The translations under genes were made by a program, and so were the position numbers. The notes below the pieces were generated by a model. It did not search any database. It saw only the letters and a program-made list of their open reading frames with translations, and had not been told where the DNA came from. A stretch of DNA of 24,000 nucleotides from Salarchaeum japonicum. Its GTDB lineage: Archaea; Halobacteriota; Halobacteria; Halobacteriales; Halobacteriaceae. The DNA lies in assembly GCF_020614395.1 (NCBI RefSeq), contig NZ_CP085324.1:415564-439563 (forward strand), given 5' to 3'. Position 1 is the first letter of the stretch; each line of letters starts with the position of its first letter. This document shows positions 15,380-23,139 of this stretch, one piece after another.

Positions 15380-15610
15380 CTACTCCATCGAGAGGTAGGT
15401 CTCGGTGCTCTCGACGCCGCGGACGCGCTGAATGCCGTTCGCGCTCACCTCCTTCACGTCCGCGGGCGACTCCACGTCGAGCTTCGCGATGAAGTCCACG
15501 TCGCCCGCGACGATGTGCGCGTCCACGACGCCGTCCAGGTCGGCAATCTCGTCGAGGATGCGGTCGGCCTCCCCCGAGTTCGCCTTGATGAGGACGTACG
15601 CGACCACCAC
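15380..15610 (-). CDS. Stand-alone RAM domain protein (Lrp/AsnC ligand-binding domain, no HTH)
   Basis: 76 aa: 'MVVAYVLIKANSGEADRILDEIADLDGVVDAHIVAGDVDFIAKL...RVRGVESTETYLSM', the beta-alpha-beta-beta-alpha-beta RAM pattern. The GTG start lies 1 nt after the trkA stop, so there is no room for a DNA-binding domain. Confidence 0.8.
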   Translation of the reverse strand: MVVAYVLIKANSGEADRILDEIADLDGVVDAHIVAGDVDFIAKLDVESPADVKEVSANGIQRVRGVESTETYLSME

Positions 15611-15611
15611 G

Positions 15612-16295
15612 TCAGTGCACCCCCGACGCCCGCGACGGCTCCTCGCCGACGAGTATCTGGCGCACGTCGTCCAGGGCGTCGAACTCCGCGAGCACGGCGA
15701 TGCGGTCGCCGACCTCCAGCGTGTCGTCCGGGAGCGGGAGGCCGAGCGACTCCTCCTTCTTCCCGAACCCGAGCAGGCGGCTCCGCGAGGGAAGTTCGAG
15801 TTCCGTCACCGTGTACCCCTGCATCGGCGCGTCCGCCGTCACCGTGAACTGCACGACCTGGAGGTTCTCCGCGAGGTCCGCGATGGCGGTGACGTTCCCC
15901 CCGAGGAGGGCGTTCTTCGCGCCGATAGCCCCGAGGCGCTCGGGGTAGACGATTTCGTCCACCTCGTCCGCGTACTTCCGGTAGATGTTCTCCCGGTAGT
16001 CCTCGTCGATGCGGAGGACGGTGCGACAGCCGTGCGCATTCGCGACCATGCACGCGGCGAAGTTCACGTTCAGGTCGCCGGTGAGCGCGCCGACCGCGTC
16101 CACGTCTTCGAGGTCGGCGTCCATCAGCACGTCCTCGCTCGCGCCGTCCCCCTCGATGACCTCGAACCCCTCCGCGCGCGCTTTCTCGACCTTGTCGGGG
16201 TTGTTCTCGATGATGACGGCGTCGTGTCCCTCGTTCGCGATGACGCGCGCCGTACGGAACCCCACCCGTCCAGCACCGATGATAACGAAGCGCAT
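15612..16295 (-). CDS. trkA: TrkA-type RCK protein (TrkA-N NAD-binding domain plus TrkA-C)
   Basis: From the ATG at 16295: 'MRFVIIGAGRVGFRTARVIANEGHDAVIIENNPDK' (Rossmann GxGxxG). C-terminal TrkA-C: 'GYTVTELELPSRSRLLGFGKKEE...LEVGDRIAVLAEFDAL'. 227 aa. No trkH or ktrB is adjacent. Confidence 0.88.
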   Translation of the reverse strand: MRFVIIGAGRVGFRTARVIANEGHDAVIIENNPDKVEKARAEGFEVIEGDGASEDVLMDADLEDVDAVGALTGDLNVNFAACMVANAHGCRTVLRIDEDYRENIYRKYADEVDEIVYPERLGAIGAKNALLGGNVTAIADLAENLQVVQFTVTADAPMQGYTVTELELPSRSRLLGFGKKEESLGLPLPDDTLEVGDRIAVLAEFDALDDVRQILVGEEPSRASGVH

Positions 16296-16319
16296 ACCTC
16301 GGAGTAGGCCCGCCCGACC

Positions 16320-16326
16320 CATATAG
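16320..16326 (-). promoter_or_regulatory. TATA-like element (CTATATG on the minus strand) for trkA
   Basis: It lies 25-31 nt upstream of the trkA ATG at 16295. Confidence 0.35.
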
Positions 16327-16346
16327 GTTTGTGAACATGCGGCAAG

Positions 16347-16352
16347 CTTTTT
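16347..16352 (+). promoter_or_regulatory. TATA-like element (CTTTTT) for the second RAM-domain gene
   Basis: It lies 26-31 nt upstream of the ATG at 16378. This supports that ATG over the TTG at 16351. Confidence 0.35.
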
Positions 16353-16377
16353 GCGGACTGCCGGCGAACCCGCCGGT

Positions 16378-16611
16378 ATGGTACACGCGTTCATCATGGT
16401 GAAGACGGCCGCCGGGTCGTCCGCCGACGCCCGCGACGCCATCCTCGACCTGGAGTTCGTCGTGGACGCGCACGTCGTCGCCGGCGAGTACGACGTCATC
16501 GCGGAGGCCGACGGGGACGCCGTCGGCGACGTGCTCAACACCGCCTCCACCGAAATCCAGGGATTGGACGGCGTGGAGGACACGAAGACGTACGTCTCGA
16601 TGTCCGCCTAA
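16378..16611 (+). CDS. Stand-alone RAM domain protein (Lrp/AsnC ligand-binding domain, no HTH), paralogue of 15380..15610
   Basis: 77 aa: '[44 protein letters not shown]...[14 protein letters not shown]'. It shares the 'VVDAH[IV]VAG[DE].D.IA' and 'GVE.T.TY.SM' blocks with the other RAM gene. Divergent from trkA. Confidence 0.8.
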   Translation: MVHAFIMVKTAAGSSADARDAILDLEFVVDAHVVAGEYDVIAEADGDAVGDVLNTASTEIQGLDGVEDTKTYVSMSA

Positions 16612-17183
16612 ACGTCCGCGAGCGCGTCCTCCACGTCGTCCAGCACGTCCTCCGGCGGGCGCGTCGCGTCGATGCGCACGAACCGCTCCGGCTCCCAGTC
16701 GATGAGCGTCTCGTAGTTCTCCCGCACCCGCGAGAGGAACTCCACCTGCTCGAACTTGTTCGTCGCGCCAGCGCGCGCCGCCCCCGTCTCCGGGTCCACG
16801 TCGAAGTACAGCGTCAAGTCCGGCTCCCTGGTCCAGGGCGAGTGAATCCCCCGCAGGTACTCCATCGGCCGCGGCACGTGCCCGTCGAGCGCGACGCCCT
16901 GATACGCGTACCGGGAGTCCGAGTACCGGTCGGAGATGACGAGGTCGCCGTCGTCGAGCGCGGGCCGCACCACCCGGGAGAGGTGGGCGGCGTGGTCGGC
17001 GGTGTAGAGGAAGGCCTCCGCCACCGCGTCCGCGTCGTCGTCCTCGATGGAGCGCTGGACGGCGTCGCCGTACCAGGAGTCCGTCGGTTCGCGCGTGAAC
17101 ACGGCGTCCTCGCGGTCGGCGCGGAGGGCCTCCCAGACCGTCGTCTTCCCGCTGCCGTCGATTCCCTCCAGCGTGATGAGCAT
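16608..17183 (-). CDS. tmk: Thymidylate (dTMP) kinase
   Basis: '[15 protein letters not shown]' P-loop and the 'DRY..S..AYQ' motif. 191 aa. Its 3' end overlaps the convergent RAM gene by 4 nt. Confidence 0.92.
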   Translation of the reverse strand: MLITLEGIDGSGKTTVWEALRADREDAVFTREPTDSWYGDAVQRSIEDDDADAVAEAFLYTADHAAHLSRVVRPALDDGDLVISDRYSDSRYAYQGVALDGHVPRPMEYLRGIHSPWTREPDLTLYFDVDPETGAARAGATNKFEQVEFLSRVRENYETLIDWEPERFVRIDATRPPEDVLDDVEDALADV

Positions 17184-17207
17184 TCACCGCTACTGCGTGG
17201 GGGAGGC

Positions 17208-17213
17208 CTAAAC
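17208..17213 (-). promoter_or_regulatory. TATA-like element (GTTTAG on the minus strand) for tmk
   Basis: It lies 25-30 nt upstream of the tmk ATG at 17183. Confidence 0.35.
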
Positions 17214-17234
17214 GGCTTCCGGGACGGGCGCACC

Positions 17235-17240
17235 ATTTAG
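17235..17240 (+). promoter_or_regulatory. TATA-like element (ATTTAG) for the SDR gene
   Basis: It lies 26-31 nt upstream of the ATG at 17266. It mirrors the tmk element in the same 82-nt divergent spacer. Confidence 0.35.
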
Positions 17241-17265
17241 GGTACCGGCCCGCGTCAGTCCTCGT

Positions 17266-18144
17266 ATGCACGTACTCGTCACGGGCGGAACGGGCTTCAT
17301 CGGGACGCGACTCTGCGCCGAACTCGCGGAACGCGGCCACGACGTGACCGCGCTCTCGCGCTCCCCCGAGGGCGAGGTACCGGCGGGCGTCGAGACGTAC
17401 GTCGGGGACGTGACGGCGCTCGACTCCATCCGCGGCGCGTTCGAGGATGTCGATGCGGTCGTGAACCTCGTCGCACTCAGCCCGCTGTTCAAGCCGTCGG
17501 GCGGCGACGAACGCCACCTCGAAGTCCACTACGGCGGCACGCAGAACGTCGTCGAGGCCGCCGAGGAACACGGCGTGGACAAACTCGTGCAGATGAGCGC
17601 GCTCGGCGCTGACCCGACCGGCCCGACCGCGTACATCCGCGCGAAGGGACTCGCCGAGGACGCCGTCCGGGACGCCGCCCTCGACGCCACCATCATCCGG
17701 CCGTCGGTGGTGTTCGGCGAGGGCGGGGAGTTCGTCTCCTTCACGAAACTCCTCACGACGCCGTACGTCACGGGCCTCCCGGGCGGCGGGAAGACGCGCT
17801 TCCAGCCCATCTGGGTGGACGACCTCGTGCCGATGCTCGCCGACTCCCTCGACGGCGAGCACGACGGCGAGACGTACGAACTCGGCGGCCCAGAGAAACT
17901 CACGCTCGCCGAGGTCACGAAACTCGTCTACCGCGCCGAGGGCAAGTCCACGAGCGTCCTCCCGATTCCGATGGCGCTCGCGAAAATCGGTCTCTCCGTC
18001 GCGGACGTGGTGCCGGGCGCGCCGATGGGGTCCGACCAGTACCGCTCGCTCCGGTTCGACAACACCGTCTCCGAGAACGACGTGGACGCGTTCGGCGTCT
18101 CCCCGGACGACCTCCGGACGTTCGCGGACTACCTCGGGGTGTGA
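17266..18144 (+). CDS. NAD(P)H-binding atypical SDR (NDUFA9-like / NmrA-like epimerase-dehydratase fold)
   Basis: 'MHVLVTGGTGFIGTRLCAEL' Rossmann motif and 'YIRAKGLAE' (YxxxK). 292 aa. Confidence 0.85.
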   Translation: MHVLVTGGTGFIGTRLCAELAERGHDVTALSRSPEGEVPAGVETYVGDVTALDSIRGAFEDVDAVVNLVALSPLFKPSGGDERHLEVHYGGTQNVVEAAEEHGVDKLVQMSALGADPTGPTAYIRAKGLAEDAVRDAALDATIIRPSVVFGEGGEFVSFTKLLTTPYVTGLPGGGKTRFQPIWVDDLVPMLADSLDGEHDGETYELGGPEKLTLAEVTKLVYRAEGKSTSVLPIPMALAKIGLSVADVVPGAPMGSDQYRSLRFDNTVSENDVDAFGVSPDDLRTFADYLGV

Positions 18145-18338
18145 GACCGCACGAACGCCGCGGCGTCGCGTTCGGCGCGAGTACGGTCGTCCTCTACGCG
18201 CTCCTCGTCGCCGCGCCCGCCCTCGGATTCGCCCTCCCGCTCGGGTTCTCCATCACCGTGGGGTTGTTCGCCACGGCGTGCGGTCTCTGTAGCGCGTACT
18301 TCCTCGCGCGCGCCCTCGGCGAACGCCTCGCGGCCTGA
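18141..18338 (+). CDS. Small hypothetical membrane protein (65 aa, two predicted TM helices)
   Basis: The GTG at 18141 overlaps the SDR TGA (GTGA). GC3-rich codons. There are two hydrophobic stretches ('VVLYALLVAAPALGFALPLGF', 'VGLFATACGLCSAYFLA'). The opposite-strand ORF is charged low-complexity sequence. Confidence 0.45.
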   Translation: MRPHERRGVAFGASTVVLYALLVAAPALGFALPLGFSITVGLFATACGLCSAYFLARALGERLAA

Positions 18339-18349
18339 ACACCCACCCG

Positions 18350-18364
18350 TAAACGACACGTTTA
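18350..18364. promoter_or_regulatory. Inverted repeat TAAACG-ACA-CGTTTA, 12 nt after the small-ORF stop and upstream of cetZ
   Basis: The 6-bp arms are perfect. The right arm creates GTTTAG, the same hexamer used as the putative TATA box at tmk. The function is undetermined: 3' hairpin, distal cetZ promoter or operator. Confidence 0.3.
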
Positions 18365-18438
18365 GACCCGTTCAGGACGCTGTATTCGGGCGTTTCAGCG
18401 CGTAATCCTCGTTGACCCCATCAAAAGGCTTATCTCCG

Positions 18439-18462
18439 CCTTTGCTCTCTTATTGGCAAAGG
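18439..18462. promoter_or_regulatory. Inverted repeat CCTTTGC-N10-GCAAAGG, 8 nt upstream of the cetZ ATG
   Basis: The 7-bp arms at 18439-18445 and 18456-18462 are perfect, and the AT-rich spacer is TCTCTTATTG. It lies downstream of the A/T-rich 'AAAAGGCTTATC' (about 18423-18435). It could be an operator or a 5'-leader hairpin. Confidence 0.35.
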
Positions 18463-18470
18463 TAGCCACC

Positions 18471-19655
18471 ATGAAACTCGCAATGATCGGGTTCGGCCAA
18501 GCCGGTGGGAAAGTACTCGATAAGTTCCTCGAGTACGACGAGAAACACGGCTCCAACATCGTTCGGGCCGCTGTTGCCGTCAACACCGCGAAGGCCGACC
18601 TGATGGGGCTCGACCACGTTCCGGAAGAGAATCGCGTCCTCATCGGGCAGTCCCGCGTGAAGGGTCACGGCGTCGGCGCGGACAACGAACTCGGCGCGGA
18701 AATCGCGGAGGAGGACATCGACGAAGTCCAGGGAGCCATCGACAGCATCCCCGTCCACGAAGTGGACGCCTTCCTCGTCATCGCCGGTCTCGGCGGCGGC
18801 ACGGGGAGCGGCGGTGCGCCCGTGCTCGCGAAGCACATCAAGCGCATCTACACCGAACCCGTCTACGGCCTCGGCATCCTGCCGGGCGGCGACGAGGGAG
18901 GGATTTACACGCTCAACGCCGCACGGAGCTTCCAGACGTTCGTGCGCGAGGTGGACAACCTCCTCGTGTTCGACAACGACGCCTGGCGGAAGACCGGCGA
19001 GTCCGTGCAGGGCGGCTACGACGAGATTAACGACGAAATCGTCAAGCGATTCGGCGTCCTGTTCGGCGCGGGCGAAGTCGAGCAGGGCGGCGAGGTCGCG
19101 GAGTCCGTCGTGGACTCCTCGGAGATCATCAACACGCTCGCGGGCGGCGGCGTCTCCACCGTCGGATACGCCTCCGAGACCGTGGAGAACTCGGGAGGGT
19201 CGGGCGGCGGCCTGCTCTCCAAGTTCACGGGCGGGTCGAAGAGCCAGCCGGAGGACTCCGCGAACACCACGAACCGCATCACGAGTCTGGTTCGGAAGGC
19301 GGCGCTCGGCCGTCTCACGCTCCCCTGCGAGATCGACGGCGCGGAGCGCGCGCTCCTCGTCACCGCCGGCCCGCCCGCCTTCCTCAACCGGAAAGGCATC
19401 GAGCGCGGGAGGAAGTGGCTGGAGGAGCAGACCGGGTCGATGGAGGTTCGCGGCGGCGACTACCCCGTGCCGAACTCGGGGAACGTCGCCGCGGTCGTCC
19501 TGCTCGCGGGCGTGACGAACGTCCCCCGCATCAAGGAGCTCCAGCAGGTCGCCATCGAGGCCCAGGAGAACATCGACGAGATCCGGGACGAGAGCGAAGA
19601 AAACTTGCAGAACCTCGTCGAAGACGACGACGATGAACTCGAATCGCTCTTCTAG
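18471..19655 (+). CDS. cetZ: CetZ-family tubulin/FtsZ-like cytoskeletal GTPase (CetZ1-like)
   Basis: From the ATG at 18471: 'MKLAMIGFGQAGGKV', tubulin signature 'GLGGGTGSGGAP', 'NLLVFDNDAW', and the acidic C-terminal tail 'EDDDDELESLF'. The TTG at 18453 in the ORF track is unlikely to be the start. Confidence 0.92.
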   Translation: MKLAMIGFGQAGGKVLDKFLEYDEKHGSNIVRAAVAVNTAKADLMGLDHVPEENRVLIGQSRVKGHGVGADNELGAEIAEEDIDEVQGAIDSIPVHEVDAFLVIAGLGGGTGSGGAPVLAKHIKRIYTEPVYGLGILPGGDEGGIYTLNAARSFQTFVREVDNLLVFDNDAWRKTGESVQGGYDEINDEIVKRFGVLFGAGEVEQGGEVAESVVDSSEIINTLAGGGVSTVGYASETVENSGGSGGGLLSKFTGGSKSQPEDSANTTNRITSLVRKAALGRLTLPCEIDGAERALLVTAGPPAFLNRKGIERGRKWLEEQTGSMEVRGGDYPVPNSGNVAAVVLLAGVTNVPRIKELQQVAIEAQENIDEIRDESEENLQNLVEDDDDELESLF

Positions 19656-20442
19656 AGCGTTCGTCGCCGTCCTCGGTCTCGTGCTTCTCGTCGCGGCAGT
19701 CGCGCCCGCGGCGGCCGCAGTCCCGTCTATCGACGGGAGCGCGCCCGACACCGCGGAGGTCGGGACGACCGTCGACCAGACGTACGAACTCACCGACCTG
19801 TTCACGGAGTACAACGAGTGGACGCTCGCCGGGGAGACCGACCTCTCCGAGGTGACGTGGACGGTGACGACGTACGACAACACGGGTCAACAGATAGCCC
19901 AGGAGACGTACACGGGCCAGGCGTTCGAGCACGCGCTCGTCGCGAGTGATGGCGCGGTGCGCGCGACCGTTCGCCTGCAGGCGACCGTGACCGAGGTGTC
20001 GGACTCCCTCTGGAGTTACGACCCGCCCCAGCAGTACACGGTCGCTGAGTTCGCACAGACCCAGCAGGGCGGTTCCAGCACGACCATCAGCGAGTACCTG
20101 ACGCGGCCGTACACGCAGGAGTCGAACGAGGCGCGTTCGGCTATCAACGACGCGCAGGCCGCGATTCAGGACGCCGAGTCGGAGGGCGTCGATGTCTCTG
20201 ACGCGCAGTCGACGCTCGACAACGCGGTCTCGGCGTACGACAACGCGAACTTCCCGAACGCGCTCGACCTCGCCGAGCAGGCCGAGGAGAACGCCGAGTC
20301 CAGCCTGGAAGCGGCCGAGTCCTCGGAGCAGACGACCCAGTACCTGATGTACGGCGTCGCGGCGCTCGTGGTCGTCCTGCTCGCCGCGGGTGGCTACCTC
20401 CTCTACCGGCGGAACCAGGGCTCGCAGGACAAACTCGCGTAG
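19633..20442 (+). CDS. Secreted protein with an N-terminal signal peptide, a beta-rich ectodomain, an acidic helical stalk and a C-terminal TM anchor. No family recognised.
   Basis: 'MNSNRSSRAFVAVLGLVLLVAAVAPAAAAVPS' is a Sec-type signal. The helical stalk reads 'ARSAINDAQAAIQDAESEGVDVSDAQSTLDNAVSAYDNANFPNALDLAEQAEENAESSLEAAES'. The TM helix is 'YLMYGVAALVVVLLAAGGYLLY', followed by the tail 'RRNQGSQDKLA'. The start overlaps the cetZ 3' end by 23 nt. Confidence 0.7.
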   Translation: MNSNRSSRAFVAVLGLVLLVAAVAPAAAAVPSIDGSAPDTAEVGTTVDQTYELTDLFTEYNEWTLAGETDLSEVTWTVTTYDNTGQQIAQETYTGQAFEHALVASDGAVRATVRLQATVTEVSDSLWSYDPPQQYTVAEFAQTQQGGSSTTISEYLTRPYTQESNEARSAINDAQAAIQDAESEGVDVSDAQSTLDNAVSAYDNANFPNALDLAEQAEENAESSLEAAESSEQTTQYLMYGVAALVVVLLAAGGYLLYRRNQGSQDKLA

Positions 20443-21056
20443 TGCGCGTCCTCGTTCCGTTCGACGGCCGAACCCCTTGTTCTCGCCTCGCGCCGGTGCT
20501 CGATAGCGACGAGCGCCGCGTCCTCGCCGCACGCCTCCGCGACGACGTGCTGGACGCGGTGCGGCGGGCGGGCGGTCGTCCCGAACTCCTCGCCACCGCG
20601 CCCGTCGAGGCGGACGTTCCCGTGACGGTGGACGACCGCTCGCTCTCCACGGCCGTGAACGCCGCCCTCGACGACCACGGGGAGCCGACGGCGGTGGTGA
20701 TGGCCGACCTCGGGTTGGCGACGCCGCGCGCGCTCTCCCGGCTGTTCGACGCGTCCGGCGATGTCGTCCTCGCGCCCGGTCGGGGCGGCGGGACGAACGC
20801 GCTCGTCGTCCGCCACCCCGCGTTCCGCGTGGACTACCACGGCGCGTCCTGCCGCGACCACCGCCGGCAGGCCCACGAGATAGGCGCGACCCTCCGCGAA
20901 CTCGACTCCCACCGGCTCGCCACCGACATCGACGAACCCGGCGACCTCGCGGAACTCCTCCTGCACGGCGACGGTCGCGCCGCCCGCTGGCTCCGCGACG
21001 CCGGCTTCCGGCTCGCGACCGGCGACGGCCGGGTCGCCGTCGAGCGACACCCATAA
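20442..21056 (+). CDS. cofC: 2-phospho-L-lactate guanylyltransferase CofC (F420 biosynthesis)
   Basis: 'MRVLVPFDG...SRLAPVL...R..LA..L..DVLDAV' and 'GRGGGTNAL' fit the CofC/MobA-like fold. The GTG start shares one base with the upstream TAG stop (TAGTG). Confidence 0.85.
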   Translation: MRVLVPFDGRTPCSRLAPVLDSDERRVLAARLRDDVLDAVRRAGGRPELLATAPVEADVPVTVDDRSLSTAVNAALDDHGEPTAVVMADLGLATPRALSRLFDASGDVVLAPGRGGGTNALVVRHPAFRVDYHGASCRDHRRQAHEIGATLRELDSHRLATDIDEPGDLAELLLHGDGRAARWLRDAGFRLATGDGRVAVERHP

Positions 21057-21081
21057 GCCCGCGCCGCCGCGACTCTCGGGT

Positions 21082-21480
21082 ATGTCGTCGTTCCTCTCGC
21101 GGTTCGCGCGCGCCGCCGCGGCGCTCGCGGGGGCCGTCGCGCTCGCGGTCGTCGTCTGGTTCGCCCTCCAGTCCGTGCTCGTGTTCGCCGTCGAGGGCGC
21201 GGTCGCGGCGACCGCCGCCTCCGCGGCCGCGGCCGCGCTCGTGCTCGTCATCTCCGACGTGTACCTCCCCATCGGCGGCGGCCCGCGAACCGACGTGTTG
21301 CGGAACCGGCCGCCCGTCGAGAACGCCGTGGACGCCGCGCTCGCCGGCGGGGTCGCGCTCGCCGCGGCGCTCGCGCTCGGCGTCGCCGGGTACACCGACT
21401 GGCTCGGCATCGGCGGCGGTCTCGCCGTCGGCTACCTCTCCTTCGTGATTCGACACCGCGAGGAGTACGCCGCCCGGTAG
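21082..21480 (+). CDS. Hypothetical membrane protein (about 4 Ala/Val/Leu-rich TM helices)
   Basis: 132 aa with an ATG start and coding-like GC3 bias. It sits between cofC and cofG on the same strand. I recognise no motif. Confidence 0.55.
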   Translation: MSSFLSRFARAAAALAGAVALAVVVWFALQSVLVFAVEGAVAATAASAAAAALVLVISDVYLPIGGGPRTDVLRNRPPVENAVDAALAGGVALAAALALGVAGYTDWLGIGGGLAVGYLSFVIRHREEYAAR

Positions 21481-21519
21481 CGCAAGCGCTTTCCCCGCGT
21501 ACCCGCAACCCCTTCTCGA

Positions 21520-22602
21520 ATGATTCCGGGCGCTGACGAGTACGACGTCTCGCTCTCCATCCCCGACAGCGACATCGCGGACGCGCTCGCCGTCACGCCC
21601 GACGACGTCGAACCCGCGAGCGAGCTCACGTTCGCCCGGAACGTCTTTCTCCCGCTCACGACCGCCTGCCGGTACACCTGCACGTACTGCACGTTCTACG
21701 ACCCGCCGGGGCAGGCCGACCTGATGAGTCCCGACGACGTCCGGGAGGCCGTGCGGCGCGGCGCGGACGCGGGCTGCACGGAGGCCCTGTTCACGTTCGG
21801 GGACGACCCCGACGACCGCTACACCGCGGTGCACGACCAGCTCGACGAGTGGGGGTTCGACTCCATCCACGACTACCTCCGGCGCGCCTGCGAAATCGCG
21901 CTGGACGAGGGTCTCCTCCCGCACGCGAACCCGGGCGACCAGACGCGCGAGCAGATGGAACTCGTCGCGGACGTGAACGCCTCGATGGGCGTGATGCTCG
22001 AAACCACCGCGGACGTGCAGGCCCACGGCGGCCCGCGCGCGAAAGCCCCGGGCCAGCGATTGAACACGCTCCGGAACGCGGGCGAACTCGGCATCCCGTT
22101 CACGACGGGCATCCTCGTCGGCATCGGCGAGGAGTGGCGCGACCGCGCGGAGTCCCTGCTCGCCATCCGCGAACTCCACGAGCGATACGGCCACATCCAG
22201 GAGGTCATCGTCCAGCCGGTGTCGAACAACGAGCGCTGGCGGGGCGGGTCGCCGGGCGTCGAGGCGCTGCGGCGCGCGGTGGCGATGGCGCGCGCGGTGC
22301 TCCCGGAGTCGGTGAGCGTGCAGGTGCCGCCGAACCTCGCGCCCGTCCGCGACGTGCTCGACTGCGGTATCGACGATTTGGGGGGCGTGTCGCCGGTGAC
22401 GGACGACTACATCAATCCCGACTACGAGTGGCCGGCGGTCAGGGAACTCCAGTCCATCGCGGACGAGGCGGGCGTCCCGCTCCGCGAACGCCTCCCCGTC
22501 TACGAGCGCTACCTCGACGACGACTGGGTGTCCGACCGCGTCCGGGCGGCCATCCGAGCCGAGGACGCGGCGGGCGAGCGATACCGCGCGGTGCTCGACT
22601 AA
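21520..22602 (+). CDS. cofG: FO synthase subunit 1, CofG (radical SAM)
   Basis: Radical-SAM cluster motif 'CRYTCTYCTF', plus 'TEALFTFGDDPD', 'HANPG' and 'VQPVSN', typical of CofG. 360 aa. Confidence 0.9.
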   Translation: MIPGADEYDVSLSIPDSDIADALAVTPDDVEPASELTFARNVFLPLTTACRYTCTYCTFYDPPGQADLMSPDDVREAVRRGADAGCTEALFTFGDDPDDRYTAVHDQLDEWGFDSIHDYLRRACEIALDEGLLPHANPGDQTREQMELVADVNASMGVMLETTADVQAHGGPRAKAPGQRLNTLRNAGELGIPFTTGILVGIGEEWRDRAESLLAIRELHERYGHIQEVIVQPVSNNERWRGGSPGVEALRRAVAMARAVLPESVSVQVPPNLAPVRDVLDCGIDDLGGVSPVTDDYINPDYEWPAVRELQSIADEAGVPLRERLPVYERYLDDDWVSDRVRAAIRAEDAAGERYRAVLD

Positions 22603-23138
22603 ACCCAGTCCGCGAGCCGTTTCCTGAAGACCGTGTAGAGCACGGAGATGCCGAGTCCGCCGAGCAACAGCCACCGGACGCGCACGTCGAAGACGAACAG
22701 GAGCGGGACGGTGACGATGACGCAGAGCGCGAGGTCGCGCGGGCTTCCGTCGTAGGGGATGACGCGGCGCGGCGGGAGCCAGCGCTGGCCGAGGTGGGAG
22801 TAGACGCCGCGGTGGTCGTCGGAAATCCAGGGTTTCCGGCCGAGTCCGCCGCCGAGAACTTCGGTGAGGCAGTGGAGCGCGGCCGAGACGAGGAAGCACG
22901 CAACGGCGACGCTCACGGGAGTCGGGTACGCGAGCGCAACGAGGGCGGCGAGGGTGGCGAGCGCGGGGTAGAGTTCGGGATGGTGGAGGGTCTTTCTGTG
23001 CTCCAGGTAGAGGTCGAGGTCGGGGAACACGCCGCCCGCGTAGCCCGCGTACGCGCTGGTGACGGCGAGCGCGGGGTCGAACGGCAGGACGACGAGCGCG
23101 GGGAGCACGCCGAGGGCGGCGTGCGTGGTCGCCATCAC
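22599..23138 (-). CDS. Membrane-bound metal-dependent hydrolase-like protein (DUF457/YdjM-like)
   Basis: N-terminal 'TTHAALG', 'GGVFPDLD' and 'HRKTLHH' resemble the YdjM/DUF457 signature. Several TM helices. The start (GTG 23138 or ATG 23135) lies 1-4 nt after the cofH stop. The 3' end overlaps the cofG 3' end by 4 nt. Confidence 0.7.
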   Translation of the reverse strand: MMATTHAALGVLPALVVLPFDPALAVTSAYAGYAGGVFPDLDLYLEHRKTLHHPELYPALATLAALVALAYPTPVSVAVACFLVSAALHCLTEVLGGGLGRKPWISDDHRGVYSHLGQRWLPPRRVIPYDGSPRDLALCVIVTVPLLFVFDVRVRWLLLGGLGISVLYTVFRKRLADWV

Positions 23139-23139
23139 G

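Noticed and set aside
15454-17862. 802-aa minus-strand ORF spanning the RAM/trkA/tmk/SDR region
   Set aside because: It is Arg/Gly-rich with no motifs. It overlaps recognisable genes on both strands in other frames. Shadow ORF.
19531-22899. 1122-aa minus-strand ORF, the longest in the track
   Set aside because: The translation is Arg/Pro/Gly/Ala low-complexity sequence. It runs antisense across five well-supported plus-strand genes (cetZ 3' end through cofG). This is a classic stop-codon-poor shadow frame in high-GC DNA.
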